Made by a program: the position numbers and the translations under genes. A stretch of 64,000 nucleotides of DNA from Owenia fusiformis (Eukaryota), in NCBI GenBank assembly GCA_903813345.2, contig CAIIXF020000001.1:5890001-5954000 (forward strand), given 5' to 3'. The notes beneath the pieces are model-generated. The model did not search any database. It was not told where the DNA came from and worked only from the letters and a program-made list of their open reading frames with translations. Of the stretch, positions 1-11,647 are shown in pieces; positions within the stretch are counted from its first letter, which is position 1; each line of letters opens with the position of its first letter.

Positions 1-827
1 GATCAAGGTACTTTGAACGCTCCCGCCAAGTTATATAGGAAGACGTCAGAGCATTTTCAAATAAAAATCAGAATTCTGATAAACATCGCATCTAAAATCA
101 TGTCTGTGTCTATGATGCAAGAATAGAGGGTCATGGTATTCCATGATGGAGCATTTTTCACCTTCTTTGTAAAATGTGTAAACCATTCTTAGAAATTGCA
201 ATACTGAAAATGAGCTATTGGTATGCACTGTGTACAAGTAATACCGATTGCTCCGATTTTCACTACGGCGCCCTGCCGATTGAGTATTTTGTTCAAAATT
301 GAATACAATTTTGAACAAACGGAGCAAATGTGACGCAGGCATCAGTGTAGTATGAATTCATTTTGTCAGGATACCAGTACTAAGTTTGCAAACATGCATG
401 TCAACTATGGCCAATCAGAAGAGTACACCCCTTCTATATGATAATATAAACCCTTCCTACACCTTGGTTTAGCTTTGGATCACTATGCTATCACTATGTG
501 GCAGAAATGCATTCTGATTGGATATAACTGATCACATGACCTTAGTTCACCTTAGTTCAGGAGATGGCATGCCAAAATGTAAAATCTCTATTGGTGGTGT
601 CATTGTGTATAACGTGTATTGTACCGAAATTTATAACAGTGGTTAAAACATTTAGCATGTCCAAAGAACAGTAATGTTATGTATCATATTTATTATATGT
701 TACCTGTTTATCTGTTCCTATAGCTTTCATGTCATTTTGGAAATCCAGGATATGGTGCCTCATTACTGGTAGTCCAGTCTAAACATACATGTACAGTCAG
801 GTTAAGATTATGTGCGGGCAGTAAGCG

Positions 828-1090
828 AAAGTCTCAGTCACATTTGCTCAACTGCGGCCGTACGACGGCTACCCTTTGCATTCGTTTGACTTCACTTCTT
901 AAAAGAGAGCTTCGTCTAACTAGACTCTGCACGCAGGGTATACGACGGCCGTAGTGTAGCGTCACAATGTCGATATAGAAAATCTACATCGTACTGCTTA
1001 TCCCTATATTTGATGCTACATATTTCTCCCGATTTTGGGAAGCTACCGTCGCCGAACGATTGCCGGAGACCAAATGTGACTGAGGCATTA
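828..1090. mobile_element. MITE, PIF/Harbinger-like
   Basis: Inverted termini ctcagtcacatttg (833-846) / caaatgtgactgag (1071-1084). GC-rich interior with repeated cgacggc/acggccg motifs. TTA follows the right end. A related cagtcacattt-type fragment lies at ~52705-52970. Confidence 0.6.
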
Positions 1091-1239
1091 GGTGGCTTTA
1101 GTAAATATACAATTTGAATATTGAATGTTTTTAACGTTGAAGAAAAGAATACATATAACCAGTTATATGTGAGTCACAATAGCTAGCTTCGTGTACAAGT
1201 GCTGACTCATAAATAGTTAAAAAAAATGACGTACAATTA

Positions 1240-2232
1240 CAGGGTGACCGGAAAAAAAGGAGACCATTGAAATAGGCAATATCTCCTAAAATAGACTAGT
1301 GACATCAATGAAATTTTGCATACATCAGGACAGTTCTATGGAAATTTGTTCCTGAAAGTGTCAATACAAGCAGTCAACTGGTTCAGGAGCTATGATCATT
1401 TAAATAACATGCTCCAAATAGGCGCAATTGAGACCAACGCAGAGCTGGATACATTTGGCAAATACCCTTACATATTCCGACCTTGTTATGGCATTACATT
1501 TAGCATTTATTGCCACCTTTAGGTCAGCAATTGTCTCAGGATTGTTTTGGTACACATTGTCTTTCAAATTGCCCCACAAAAAGAAATCAGGTGGATTCAA
1601 ATTTGAGGTGTATGGAGACGAAGCTTATCTGACCTATGGCTTCTGACTCAGTGGTCCCACTCAGTTACAGTATCATCCTAAGGAGGTTTTGGGCAGCCCT
1701 TGGTTTCCATATTGGATTTAATTGTGCCATATAGTGGTTTTAGTAACATGGCACTATGCCCAATACCTAAAGTGACTCTTAAGATTGGGTAAATCAGCAC
1801 TTTGGCAACAGGATGATGAACCACATGTCAGATAACCCTTCATTGCCATTACAGCCTAGACTTGAATCCTGCTGATTTCTTTTTGTATGGATATTTGAAA
1901 GACAATCTATACCAAAACAATCCTCAGACTATTGTTGACCTAAAGAAGGCAATCACTGCTATATGTAATGCCATAATAATGCCATAGAGGGCAGAACATG
2001 TAAGGGTAGTTTGCCATATGAATCCAACTCTGCGTTGGTTTCAATTGTGCCTATTTGGAGCATGTTATGTAAATGATCATAGCTCCTGAACCAGTTGAAT
2101 GCTTGTATTGAAACCTTCAGTAACAAATTTCCATATAACTGTTCCAGTGTATGCAAAATTTCATTGATGGCACTTGTCTAGTTTAGGAGAAATTGATTAC
2201 TTCAATGGTCTCCTTTTTTTCCGGTCACCCTG
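1240..2232. mobile_element. Tc1/mariner-derived fold-back element built from two inverted 3' ends
   Basis: TA|CAGGGTGACCGG...CCGGTCACCCTG|TA. Inverted arms of ~360 bp. Each arm encodes the transposase C-terminus: minus strand NPPDFFLWGNLKDNVYQNNPETIADLK, plus strand DLNPADFFLYGYLKDNLYQNNPQTIVDLK. Confidence 0.9.
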
Positions 2233-2597
2233 TATCTCTCACCTCATTAAACGTTGTTATGTCTTAATGAAATTATGAATACATACCGACAGCAAAATAT
2301 TGTATCAATATCATATCGCCATTTAATCTAGCATTTCAAAATCCAATACATATTGGATATACATACATAATGAGCTACACATTGTGGATATACATACATA
2401 ATGAGCTATATGAGCCATGGTGTAAATATACGGAAATAACTGTGTTCTCAGCTTCGCAAATTTTCTCCATATTTTTGTTCCTTCAGGAGAATCAAATATG
2501 TGTGTCTTTTTTCCTGGTCCTTCCCCACCACCTTATTAAGAGTGAGAAATGCATACAGGTAACACCCGGGAGGTAACACATCCAAACACAATAGACA

Positions 2598-3097
2598 NNN
2601 NNNNNNNNNNNNNNNNNNNNNNNNNNNNNNNNNNNNNNNNNNNNNNNNNNNNNNNNNNNNNNNNNNNNNNNNNNNNNNNNNNNNNNNNNNNNNNNNNNNN
2701 NNNNNNNNNNNNNNNNNNNNNNNNNNNNNNNNNNNNNNNNNNNNNNNNNNNNNNNNNNNNNNNNNNNNNNNNNNNNNNNNNNNNNNNNNNNNNNNNNNNN
2801 NNNNNNNNNNNNNNNNNNNNNNNNNNNNNNNNNNNNNNNNNNNNNNNNNNNNNNNNNNNNNNNNNNNNNNNNNNNNNNNNNNNNNNNNNNNNNNNNNNNN
2901 NNNNNNNNNNNNNNNNNNNNNNNNNNNNNNNNNNNNNNNNNNNNNNNNNNNNNNNNNNNNNNNNNNNNNNNNNNNNNNNNNNNNNNNNNNNNNNNNNNNN
3001 NNNNNNNNNNNNNNNNNNNNNNNNNNNNNNNNNNNNNNNNNNNNNNNNNNNNNNNNNNNNNNNNNNNNNNNNNNNNNNNNNNNNNNNNNNNNNNNNN
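2598..3097. other. Assembly gap (500 N)
   Basis: Run of N bases. Confidence 0.99.
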
Positions 3098-3368
3098 TAT
3101 TTCCTAAAGTATGCACTTGAACAACATGACATGCTAGATGATACATTTCAAGAGAAATTGTAAGAGGGGAAGATCAATAGGTATAGAACGTAAATTTAAC
3201 ACATGCTGTGCACCAATTTCCAAACCTTAAGAGTTCCTTAGAATGGACACTTGATGAACAAGGAATAATCTGGAAAAGTCAACATGGTCAAGAAAAATTA
3301 GAAACAAGTATACGAGTTATATTCCTTATAGAAAAAGAGAAAGACATGTATTTCACATAGGTTAAGAA

Positions 3369-3500
3369 TTAAAGGCCCCATAGAAAGCTTTAACACCTTG
3401 GCTTATAATATTGTACTCTTCTGCAGTATTATCAACATGTGATATGTGAATTTTTTTAGATTTCAAAGAGTGGTTTTTGAAGTGAGAAATGACACGTCGA
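3369..3500 (+). mobile_element. Terminus of a TTAA-flanked (Kolobok-like) non-autonomous element
   Basis: ttaa|aggccccatagaaagc...gtgatatgtgaa...agtggtttttga matches the reverse complement of ~27860-27983. Confidence 0.55.
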
Positions 3501-3579
3501 TAATCATGATATCATTAGTAAACTTAAACACATCTTTGTACATGTAGTTACACTCCCCTCCATAAGTTTGGCAACCTTA

Positions 3580-4344
3580 GCTCCCCCATTGAACTACGTG
3601 TTTAAGCCTCTTTTACCTTTGAATTTTTATTTACTTAAACCTGTAAAGAAAATACTTATACTATTGATGGAAACGTAATTTTATTTTATTTTCAATACCT
3701 CCAAATTTTCTCAATTTTTTTCTTCAATTACAATAGGTCGAAAATTGATGATAAATTTGGTGAATTTTTGAAAATCGACATTCCCATGCTAACCAATGGA
3801 AAATGGTAGAGTTTCCCGCAAGTCATATGACAGAATATCCATCACTCCGAGTCACTACAAGTTATGTATGCAACTGAATTTGCTAAATTTATTTAACAAA
3901 AAATTGATACCTTTCTTCAGGATCAACAAAGTTATGGGTCTTTAAAGTCAAAATTGTTTTTCAAAAAACCTCTCCCATTGAAATAACAAAGTTGAAGCTC
4001 TGTAACTTTAGTATTCATCAAGTAAGCTAAACACTTACATGTAGTATAGAAAAAGTAAGACAATTCAATTTTGTATATAATTTTTTTTTTGCTGAATCTT
4101 TTACTGAATAGATATCCTGATTTCTCATTTGTCCCGAACCCACCATTTCCCATTGGTTTACATGTAAATGACGTTTTTCAAAAATTCCTCAAATTTATCA
4201 TCCATTTTCGACCTATTGTAATCGAGGAAAACAATTGGGATAATTTGGAGGTATTGGAAATTAAGTCAAGTTACCTTTCCATCAATATTATAAGTTATTT
4301 CAAAAAACGTTGAGAGGCTTTAACACGTAGTTCAATGGGCGAGC
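3580..4344. mobile_element. MITE with ~200-bp imperfect terminal inverted repeats
   Basis: gctcccccattgaactacgtgtt...aacacgtagttcaatgggcgagc. Arms ~3580-3785 and ~4160-4344 align in reverse complement. Flanks cctta / ccttg. Confidence 0.75.
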
Positions 4345-4759
4345 CCTTGTATCTTCAAATTAACTTTCTAGTATTAAAAATAGTAAATGAATGATAAAAA
4401 CATATTTTCATATTCTATATTGGTCATTTAAGAACTCTCTGTTGAACAACTTCATTTCAACTCGTTCACATCTAGACGTTGCTAGAATTCTTCCTCTTAA
4501 AAGATTCCCGTAACTGACAGTATCGATCGTTTAGCCTTTACTGCCAATTAGTGGCATTATGACAAACATCTTTGTCTTTAATACACAAACCCTGGACCTT
4601 AACAATCTCTTTGGGAATCTATTCATTATCTTGTTAATGCTTTTGAGAAATAAATGTTTTCGTGTAAAATAGACCACTATGAAATATTCTGCCGTCAGGC
4701 TTTAACTTTATAGAGTGTCTGTAAAATAAATAAACGTCTTATTTGTCTGCAGATTTAGC

Positions 4760-4975
4760 CCATAGGAGGCTAATTATGTATAATAAGGCAAATTGCAAAG
4801 TGATGCATCGCTTCAACTCTACTGGTCTCAGCTCACCAGGAAGTAGCGGATCTCGAAGGGGGCGATATGACCATAAAATGCGGCCTGCATTAGCCTTCCT
4901 TACGTAGCCTTGGAGAAACAACCAGCTTACCTTTACTTCCACAGGTACCCCAGCGTGCAGATGCGCACAAATCCT
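4760..4975 (-). mobile_element. Possible truncated SINE core (Deu/Nin-domain-like)
   Basis: Minus strand reads ggggtacctgtggaagtaaagg..., which resembles the GGGTACCTG...GGAAG.TAAAGG core as I recall it. No tRNA-derived head seen. Confidence 0.3.
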
Positions 4976-6479
4976 TGTTAAAAGTCAAAATAATGTGCTT
5001 CACATATTTTTCACATCAAGTCCAAATTAGAAAGCTAAGTTGCCTAAGTACAAACAGTCGTAGAAAATTAGAAAATGGTATAGGTTTACTCCTCCCTTCA
5101 AAATGCTCTCAAGAAATCAAAGGAAGATCTCCAAGTTAACTATCTCTTTCGCCATTTCAGGTGCTTAAAGTCCCCCGTAAATCATTCACATTTCAAACTA
5201 AACCCACACAGAACACGCATTAGCATTACGAAACTATAAAACTTCTACTAAATTTCGATAAACGTAAATTTTGACAATATTAAGAACAAACAAAGTGCAT
5301 GATTTTTATACTCACCTAAAATAGTCCCTCTAGTTTAAAGCCACTTTTAATAAAATATCCACCATTTTATTCATCAGACATAACATTACGATTAACTGCA
5401 TATACGATCACTTCAACTCTAACCACCGATGGAATTCCTACAACTATTCCTATAAGGTTTCACACTCCCTTTGATTTCATTACAATTTACTAAATCTGGT
5501 CAACTAATCCTCCAACATTGGCTTATCAGACGCTGTCAGCAACCTTGGTACAAAATGATAAGTAACTCCCCAGATTTACCTATAAGGTAGAAAATGTGTT
5601 GATGTTTCAAACTTGTGAATAAAAGTTACCTAGACCTGTTCTTTCCAAATCGTTCATGGGCACATTGATCACAATGTTATGTATGCGATTAATTAAGAAA
5701 GGGAACCATTTTAGACCCCCCTCGTGGTTCCTGTTCTAAATGCATAGAACTTACTCGTCTCGGAAATTTCGAATGCAGAACAACGAACATTATGGAAATA
5801 TAGCAAGATACCCCGACTTAATTAATTGCCTAATTGATGAGGCATATATTTCATTCCATTAATTTATCAATGAAATCGTTGTTGTCGATGAGAAATTTTC
5901 CAGAAATGCTATACCAAACGTTATACATGAGCTTTACATACGAAAGGATCTTGAAATCCAACCAGAGTAATCGCAAAATAATAAATCAAGTCGAGTTTGA
6001 TATCAATTCCAAAGAAAACTTGAGGCTTTTGGTATCATGTACTAATATATTGGTCTAGTACGTTTAAGTAAACACATAGTGTAATCTAGGTAAAAATCAT
6101 CCATCGGGAGTTCATTGTTTCACCTGTACTTGCGTTCTCCTATGAATAGCACTAAACCAATATTAGTCGGAATAAATACTCCAATGTTAACATAGAGGAG
6201 CCCTGCTCGTTGTGGAATTGCTCCCCGGGGACTAATCTCCTCCATAACAATACAATTCCATTTCATAACGGATATATGATAATTAATTACAAGGACGACA
6301 ATAATATGGATGTACATGGTGAGGCAAAAAAAACCTATTGTTCCCAAAACAGCATTGATATATTTAAAGATCTGAGAAAGATGAGAACGGTTAAGGGGTA
6401 CCGATGTAAATCACCACTAACTTAATTTGATAGAACCTTTTATTATGAAACATTACATGCATATGCATACATACATACA

Positions 6480-7535
6480 CACGGGCAAATTTACGATAAT
6501 TGATATTTTCAAAATCGGTTGTTCTACTAAAACCTGCGTCGTGTTTGTTGATACCAGCGACATTTGATGTGTGCTATTTTAAAGTCATCACAACTACTAG
6601 TAGTTATCATAATCATGCGATAATACACTGAAAATATTGCTTATTATTTCTTAAAACAGCTTAAATGATGATTTTGTCAAAAAACAAAGTTTTTTGTTTG
6701 TGGTGATACAAACCCGGATTACAGCACATACAGGGCATCGATTGCGTTAATATTTTTCAAACTACATAAAAAATTTGTTTGACATCAGCTCTTAAAAGGG
6801 CGATGCTAGATGTGTGTTACCCATGAAATGAAATACTTTTTTCTTTACATATACCAATTGTCAAATATTTTGTATCCTCCAACACACTTGTTAAATTAAC
6901 ATTGCTGATGCATAATTTGTTTAAGATAATTCCGCTTAAGGACTACTTATTAAATGACAGACAATGAAAACATCAGACAAAATATTTTTATTTTTGTGGT
7001 GGATGGTTTTTCTGTCCAATATTTTGTATCCTCTAAACATAAAGATTTCATCAATACATATAAATGATTAAGAACAATTATTTTCAGAAATGAGACTAAT
7101 CGAATGTTCTATTTAAATGATTATTATTTGAATTCTCAATTATATCTAATTTGTTAGTAAATTGAATATGTTGAGCATGTGTTGGAGGATACATATTTTT
7201 TAATGAGTATGACATATCAAACAACTCCTTTTGAGAGCAGGTCGGACACATATTTTATTAACCAGTTAGAAAGTATCAACGGACTTGATGCACACTTTGT
7301 TATGGTGTCCGAATTTCAATAGCAACATTTGATTTTTGTCAAAAAATCACCATTTTAAGAACTAATAAGCAATATTTTCAATATATATCGCATGGTCATG
7401 GTAAACAGTTGTGTTGACATCACGATAACACATATATAGTAGTATCGTTGATATCAATACACATGGCGCATGCTGTGGTAGAATAGCAGAATTCATGGAA
7501 TTCAAAAAATATCAATCATTGTAAATGTTCCCACA
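6480..7535. mobile_element. Old, degenerate palindromic MITE
   Basis: Arms are reverse-complementary throughout, e.g. gaaaatattgcttatta / taataagcaatattttc and tgtatcctccaacaca / tgtgttggaggataca. Confidence 0.6.
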
Positions 7536-7651
7536 TATACATACCTACATTGACATTGACATTTTGTAAATCTTAAAGATTCGAAAACTATTTGCAGACA
7601 AAAGTCGGAATGTTATTAAAGAGTGTGTAAAGACAAATAAGTGATATTATG

Positions 7652-8744
7652 TGGAGAACCGATTCGGCATTGTAGGAAAAACGTAGTAAGCCAAAATCTG
7701 ACCGAGTGGTGGGTGAATGGGTGGTGAAGATCCATTCCATTTTCAGAGTCCATTGTTAGAGTCTATATTTTAGTATTTAGGCATTTTATTTGCTTCAGAA
7801 TCTTTATTCATTAAATTCAAATATATTCGATATATGGAATATTTATATTCGCTAAATCAATTTTTCGTTCGTTAAAAACATTTATATATTTGTTACAGCG
7901 AATTAATTAAGTTGTCAAAATAGCCAATGGATAAAATCACTTAAAACATTGTGCATTAAATTACATATTTTATTCGCTAAACGATATATTTTTGCATAAA
8001 TTGTTATACTATTCCTTAAGAGTAACACATTATATGCGCAATATCGAATTTCTTTTTGAACCCTACCGAAATAAGTTTGTCTATATTTACCAAATGATTT
8101 ATTTTTCTCTATAACATAGTAAATGCATTATACCGAAAGCTAATTTGCTATTTACCGAATGCTAAGAAGCAATATTCGATAACTTTAGTTTTTGTTCGAT
8201 ATTTTGTCACGTGACCTCGAGTTTAGGCCGCGCACTATTTTACATCGTTTTCATTCTCTCTCTGATTTCAATGTTTATGGCAAATCCTGACGATAGTGAC
8301 GATGAAGATGCATCCAGTAGCATTGTAAAATCATTTTTCTAATAGGAACACGCGCTCAAAGAGGTGTAGACATTCGTGTTGATTTCAAAAATGGCGGACT
8401 TCAAATATATCATGTGTCTTAAGGTCTCGTAAAGTATCAAAAAATAACGAAATCTATAGAATGTGGCATTCGGTATTTACCGAATATAAATAATATTGAT
8501 TCAATGCATCGCACAAATACATGTATAAATATCAAATGTAAATGCCAACACAAAGAACAAGTGAAACTATTTAGCGAATATGAATTGTATAGATTATTAT
8601 ATTCGGTAAAATAAAAACATTCGGTAGATTGGGTACATGTTTGGTAAATTGTTTGTTTTATTTGGTTTGTATGGGATATTATATGTACCGAATAAAGAAG
8701 CAGTTAGAAGGAGGTTATTTGTTGTAATGTGGAATCGTTCTCTA
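7652..8744. mobile_element. Degenerate non-autonomous DNA element with internal taccgaa/ttcggta motifs
   Basis: Weak inverted termini ggagaaccgattcggcattgta / tgtaatgtggaatcgttctcta. Many dispersed taccgaa, attcg and ttcggta motifs in an AT-rich body. Confidence 0.4.
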
Positions 8745-10800
8745 ATTAGTTAATCCTAGTCACGTGACATTTCGTACTCGTACACCCAACTACATTCGAT
8801 ATGCGCTTTCATCTTTATTCAAGGACAGCAACTACGATTTAGAAGTGGTATGTTAGAATGCATAACCAGTTATTTGTTTAAAATATAAACAATATTCATT
8901 AATTATCCATTCAAATTACTACCCTTGAAGACTATTGAGTAGTCAGAGAACTTGTTACGGATGTTATGGAAGATGAAAATGTACAGATTTAAAAGGAAAT
9001 GATCCATCCAAACTAGCAACATGATAGAGCAAAAGGTTGATAAATCAAGAGAGCTAAAATATAACAAATTGAGTCATTTTCGTTCAGGAAAAATGGTGGT
9101 TTGAAATAAGTGTCCATTTTTAACGGATTCAGTTATCACAATTTCTTCCATATTATTCGGATTGAAGAACATAAGCCATCAAAATCAATTGTATCGTTTG
9201 ATTCAATAATGTAAGGTCAACATTCATGCATTCACCTACACTATGTAAGCAAGCTTATCACATAAAGAAACTCTAAGTGTAGAGTTGGGTGTTAAGAACG
9301 GATTGGGTTAATCGCAGAGCATCCACAACACACCGAAAGTAAATCTAACTAGCCCATTACGCTCTGATATTCAAGAAAACAAAATAATTAATAGTAGGGA
9401 GGTATGTGTATCATTTAGTAATACTTCCATTTGGAAATCCAAGACTGGAGAATTCTGAATTGTCTACTATAGTAGATAATTCTTTGCGGTAAAATATAAT
9501 CCAAATCGGAGGTTTACATGTTGTTTATTACTTGTTTGAAACACAACCCACGCACATGCGCAAAGAATATCTATAGATCGTTACTCACAAGCGCTTTTTG
9601 AAAGTGAACCTAAATCAACTATTGATTACGTGTGCAATGCGTACATTATTTCAAATTGATTACCAATGATTCTTAAATCTGGCTTGATTTGACGAAAAGC
9701 ACTATATCGAATTTCATTTCAAAATGTACATATGTTTCTTACAACTATGATCAATGACATGCCATATGCATCTTGGGTTTGTTTCGTTTATCTCAATCGC
9801 CTTAATTATTAGATGTTCTGAATCTATGTTATTTAATAGTTTAACTCAATTTAAAACACATTTTCACATGTGCTTAATTCAACACCTCATCCAGACAAGT
9901 GAAACCATGATGACGGTATACTTTAATGCTATTTACATACGTCTGAACGTTATCTTCGAAAACTTCTATGTAGGCCGCTCCATGAACGCTTGAAGACACA
10001 CATTTATCAAAAACATGCTGAGAAGTGTCGATCTGAAGATCAACACTGTACAACCAACGAGAGAACTTGTTGAAAAAATAAACGAACATCATACATGAAC
10101 AGGGTAGTCAAAAAGTAGTCCACTTTTATATTTGATCTCCAAAGAAGAACTGTGCATGAATATATACATTGTAAATATGATTCAATTTTTTTAATGTTGA
10201 TTAATTTTTTCTAATGTTGATATTTCCTTAAAACAATAATGCAAACATATCCACGCACCATACACTGTTATATGATTTACACAATTGATACAATTACGAG
10301 TATATTAAACTATTTCAAATATAATATTTATATAATACTTAATATTTTAAATAGTAGACCTATATTACACTTAATGGTATTTAGAGGCAACTTTCAAATG
10401 TCTTATCTGTCATAATTCCTTATAGAGGAAATCAAAGTACATATGTGAATTTGAATTCAGTGTGTACTTTAAAAATAAATGAAATGAATTTCTGCTTTAA
10501 AATTAATCAATGCTATAATATTACACAACTTAACATAACACTTGTTGATTCAATGAATTCTTGACAAAATGTGTTATTAACGATCATTATTAATGAGCCC
10601 CCTCCTTGATATCTCCTTAAAAAATATGAACCTACCTTTTTTGTTTTTTGAAGAAAAAACCTGCTCTTCTCCACATAAATTTGGCAATTGAGATCAAAAC
10701 TGGCATTATTGGACATTTTATTTTTAATTTGGGCATTGTTTTTAACAATTTCGGCCAGGATCGTCAGGATCGCTCTTTGTGTTTGGTTAAACATACCCTT

Positions 10801-11036
10801 CTCTAGCGGATCCAGGAGGCCATGCCAGTTAGGGCCAGGCATTTCTTAGGGCCTCATTGGTGGGCCTTTTTGGGCATTACTTGACCTTTTAGTGCCTTAT
10901 CATTAAATATTAGGCCAAATTATTTTTAAAAAATTCAAAATTTCAAAAAAAAATCCGCGCAAGCGTCGATAATTTTTAAGACTTTAAGATTTTTAAGAAA
11001 TGTGGGCCCCCATTCTTAGCTTCCAGATCCCCACTG
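10801..11036. mobile_element. Short gcggatcc-type MITE (hAT-like)
   Basis: gcggatccagg...ccagatccccactg with a gggccc-rich interior. Relatives at 33496-33707, ~30870-30954 and ~59242. Confidence 0.5.
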
Positions 11037-11525
11037 CCCTTTTTATTACGAAGGGGGTTGGTTAACATAGGAAAACTTATTTGTTGGCAGGAGTGGGTGT
11101 ACTTGGGGGAGGGGGTTCGAGCCTCTCGCCCTCTTACAAAAAGCTGGCTACGGGCAAGTTCGGGTATGTTACAATGTTTGCATGCAAATGTGGAAATTCA
11201 ACAAATCAGCACGATGGTGCACAAAAAGTAACAAAAGTTTTGATCAAGTTACCTATCGTTATATTGGATATGAAATTTTATATCCAGCGTGATACCATTC
11301 GTGATCATGCATAGTATTGTAAGTAGCGCCTGACGCCAATTTACAAAACTATATAAAACTGTACCATTTTTACTGTCCATGCAGAATTTTACTTTCTCTG
11401 CGTCCCTTTTGAAACTTCATCGTTCTGTTTGTGAAAATCGCATTGAGGCCAACATTATAGTTAACGCAGTTAAAGTATAATTTGAAGTCTAAGATATAAC
11501 ATTAAGTTTATATATTGCTGAACAG

Positions 11526-11647
11526 TTTCCAACTTGATCCACAAGGTGTTTCAGCCTGGCCTCATTTCTGCCTGGGAAGTCAAAGATGAATACGTTTTGA
11601 GTGACATCTTGCATATTATCACTACAGAATACAAATCGAAAGAGAAT
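11526..11647 (+). other. Putative isolated coding exon (SNLIHKVFQPGLISAWEVKDEYVLSDILHIITTEYKSKEN), gene unknown
   Basis: Acceptor gaacag|, donor |gtacgt. Open in phase 1 to 0, with higher GC than its flanks. No family recognised. Confidence 0.35.

Noticed and set aside
46..600. 98-aa ORF and the ccaatcagaa/ttctgattgg inverted pair as a Crypton remnant
   Set aside because: No recognisable recombinase motifs, and the evidence is too thin.
2448..3163. ORFs of 198-232 aa in the ORF track
   Set aside because: They are open only because they run through the 500-N gap.
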